A stretch of DNA of 64,000 nucleotides, from positions 448-64,447 of the forward strand of contig JBDRZZ010000008.1 of NCBI GenBank assembly GCA_039804165.1, written 5' to 3'. This document shows positions 63,703 through 64,000 of the stretch, one piece after another; within the stretch, counting starts at the first letter, position 1; each line of letters begins with the position of its first letter. Position numbers and translations under genes: made by a program. The notes below the pieces were generated by a model that was given only the letters and a program-made list of their open reading frames with translations, made no database searches and was not told the origin of the DNA. Source of the DNA: a candidate division WOR-3 bacterium (GTDB taxonomy: Bacteria > Hydrothermota > UBA3072).

Positions 63703-64000
63703 TTTTTCTTCTCTCCAATAAATTTTATGAACCAATAATACCAATAAGTGTCGCCGAGCTCCTCTTTAAGTTCATTTAAGGAGGTTTTATCTAATTGAGC
63801 TTGAAGAAGAAGAGATTGAAATTTTGAAAAACGCTGAAAAATATAAGAATTAACATAAGGTTTTAATGGGTCAATTTGTCTCCATTTTGATAGGAAGGCA
63901 TAAAGAACAACTGCTTCTTGAATGTGCCGAGGAATTCTATTATATCCAAAAGTTTTAAATTTGTTTATGTTTTCCCATATTACTCTAAGATTCCCTCTTA
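63699..64000 (-). CDS. Partial hypothetical ORF (C-terminal ~100 aa; continues past the window edge)
   Basis: My hand translation of the minus strand is open from 64000 to the TGA at 63701-63699: '...RVIWENINKFKTFGYNRIPRHIQEAVVLYAFLSKWRQIDPLKPY...LGDTYWYYWFIKFIGEKKK'. There is an ATGA overlap with the next gene. It is absent from the ORF track, presumably because no start codon lies in the window. Confidence 0.5.
   Translation of the reverse strand, partial: RGNLRVIWENINKFKTFGYNRIPRHIQEAVVLYAFLSKWRQIDPLKPYVNSYIFQRFSKFQSLLLQAQLDKTSLNELKEELGDTYWYYWFIKFIGEKKK

Overview
This is an AT-rich, densely coding bacterial chromosome segment (about one third G+C by eye) with standard-code ORFs and many strong GGAGG Shine-Dalgarno sites. 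Three proteins end in type IX secretion (T9SS) C-terminal sorting domains and a PorV/PorQ-like barrel is present. The source therefore looks like an uncultured member of the FCB superphylum, but I cannot assign a lineage from sequence alone.

Layout, in order:
- 0.2-12.6 kb: a membrane-anchored beta-propeller-like protein, translationally coupled to a ~3,665-aa T9SS cargo protein with an N-terminal M23 peptidase domain.
- 12.7-19.0 kb: an ECF sigma/anti-sigma pair with two Spy/CpxP-like proteins and a TolC-MacA-MacB efflux set.
- 19.0-21.3 kb (minus strand): a radical SAM/SPASM enzyme plus an exported MBL-fold hydrolase.
- 21.9-26.2 kb (minus strand): an outer-membrane barrel, ECF sigma, zinc-finger anti-sigma and an Ig-like (Big_2) repeat protein.
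- 26.3-28.1 kb: an APC permease fused to an EIIA domain.
- 28.2-29.0 kb: a small T9SS cargo protein.
- 29.2-31.2 kb: groES-groEL.
- 31.2-35.5 kb (minus strand): five overlapping genes led by a Tat-signal AmmeMemoRadiSam-type radical SAM enzyme.
- 35.6-61.0 kb: a 25-kb co-directional array. It holds an MtaC/MtaB-like corrinoid methyltransferase pair, a TonB-dependent receptor / T9SS cargo / PorV-like triad, and a GPH transporter. These are followed by GH43, GH10, a PfkB kinase, GH3 and a GH116-like enzyme, then a RACo-type corrinoid reactivase, two GT2 paralogues and a fused CcsBA cytochrome c synthase.
- 61.0-64.0 kb (minus strand): a RidA-fold (FkbO-like) protein, a CXXCH-bearing TolB-like lipoprotein and a partial ORF.

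I found no rRNA, tRNA, CRISPR array, IS element or integrase.

The most notable observations are:
- a GC-rich repeat family that begins with CAGCTTA-like heptamers, present once in a 5' leader and twice in frame inside the giant ORF;
- corrinoid methyl-transfer and reactivation genes physically tied to xylan-utilisation genes;
- near-consensus promoters that abut ATG start codons, suggesting leaderless mRNAs.
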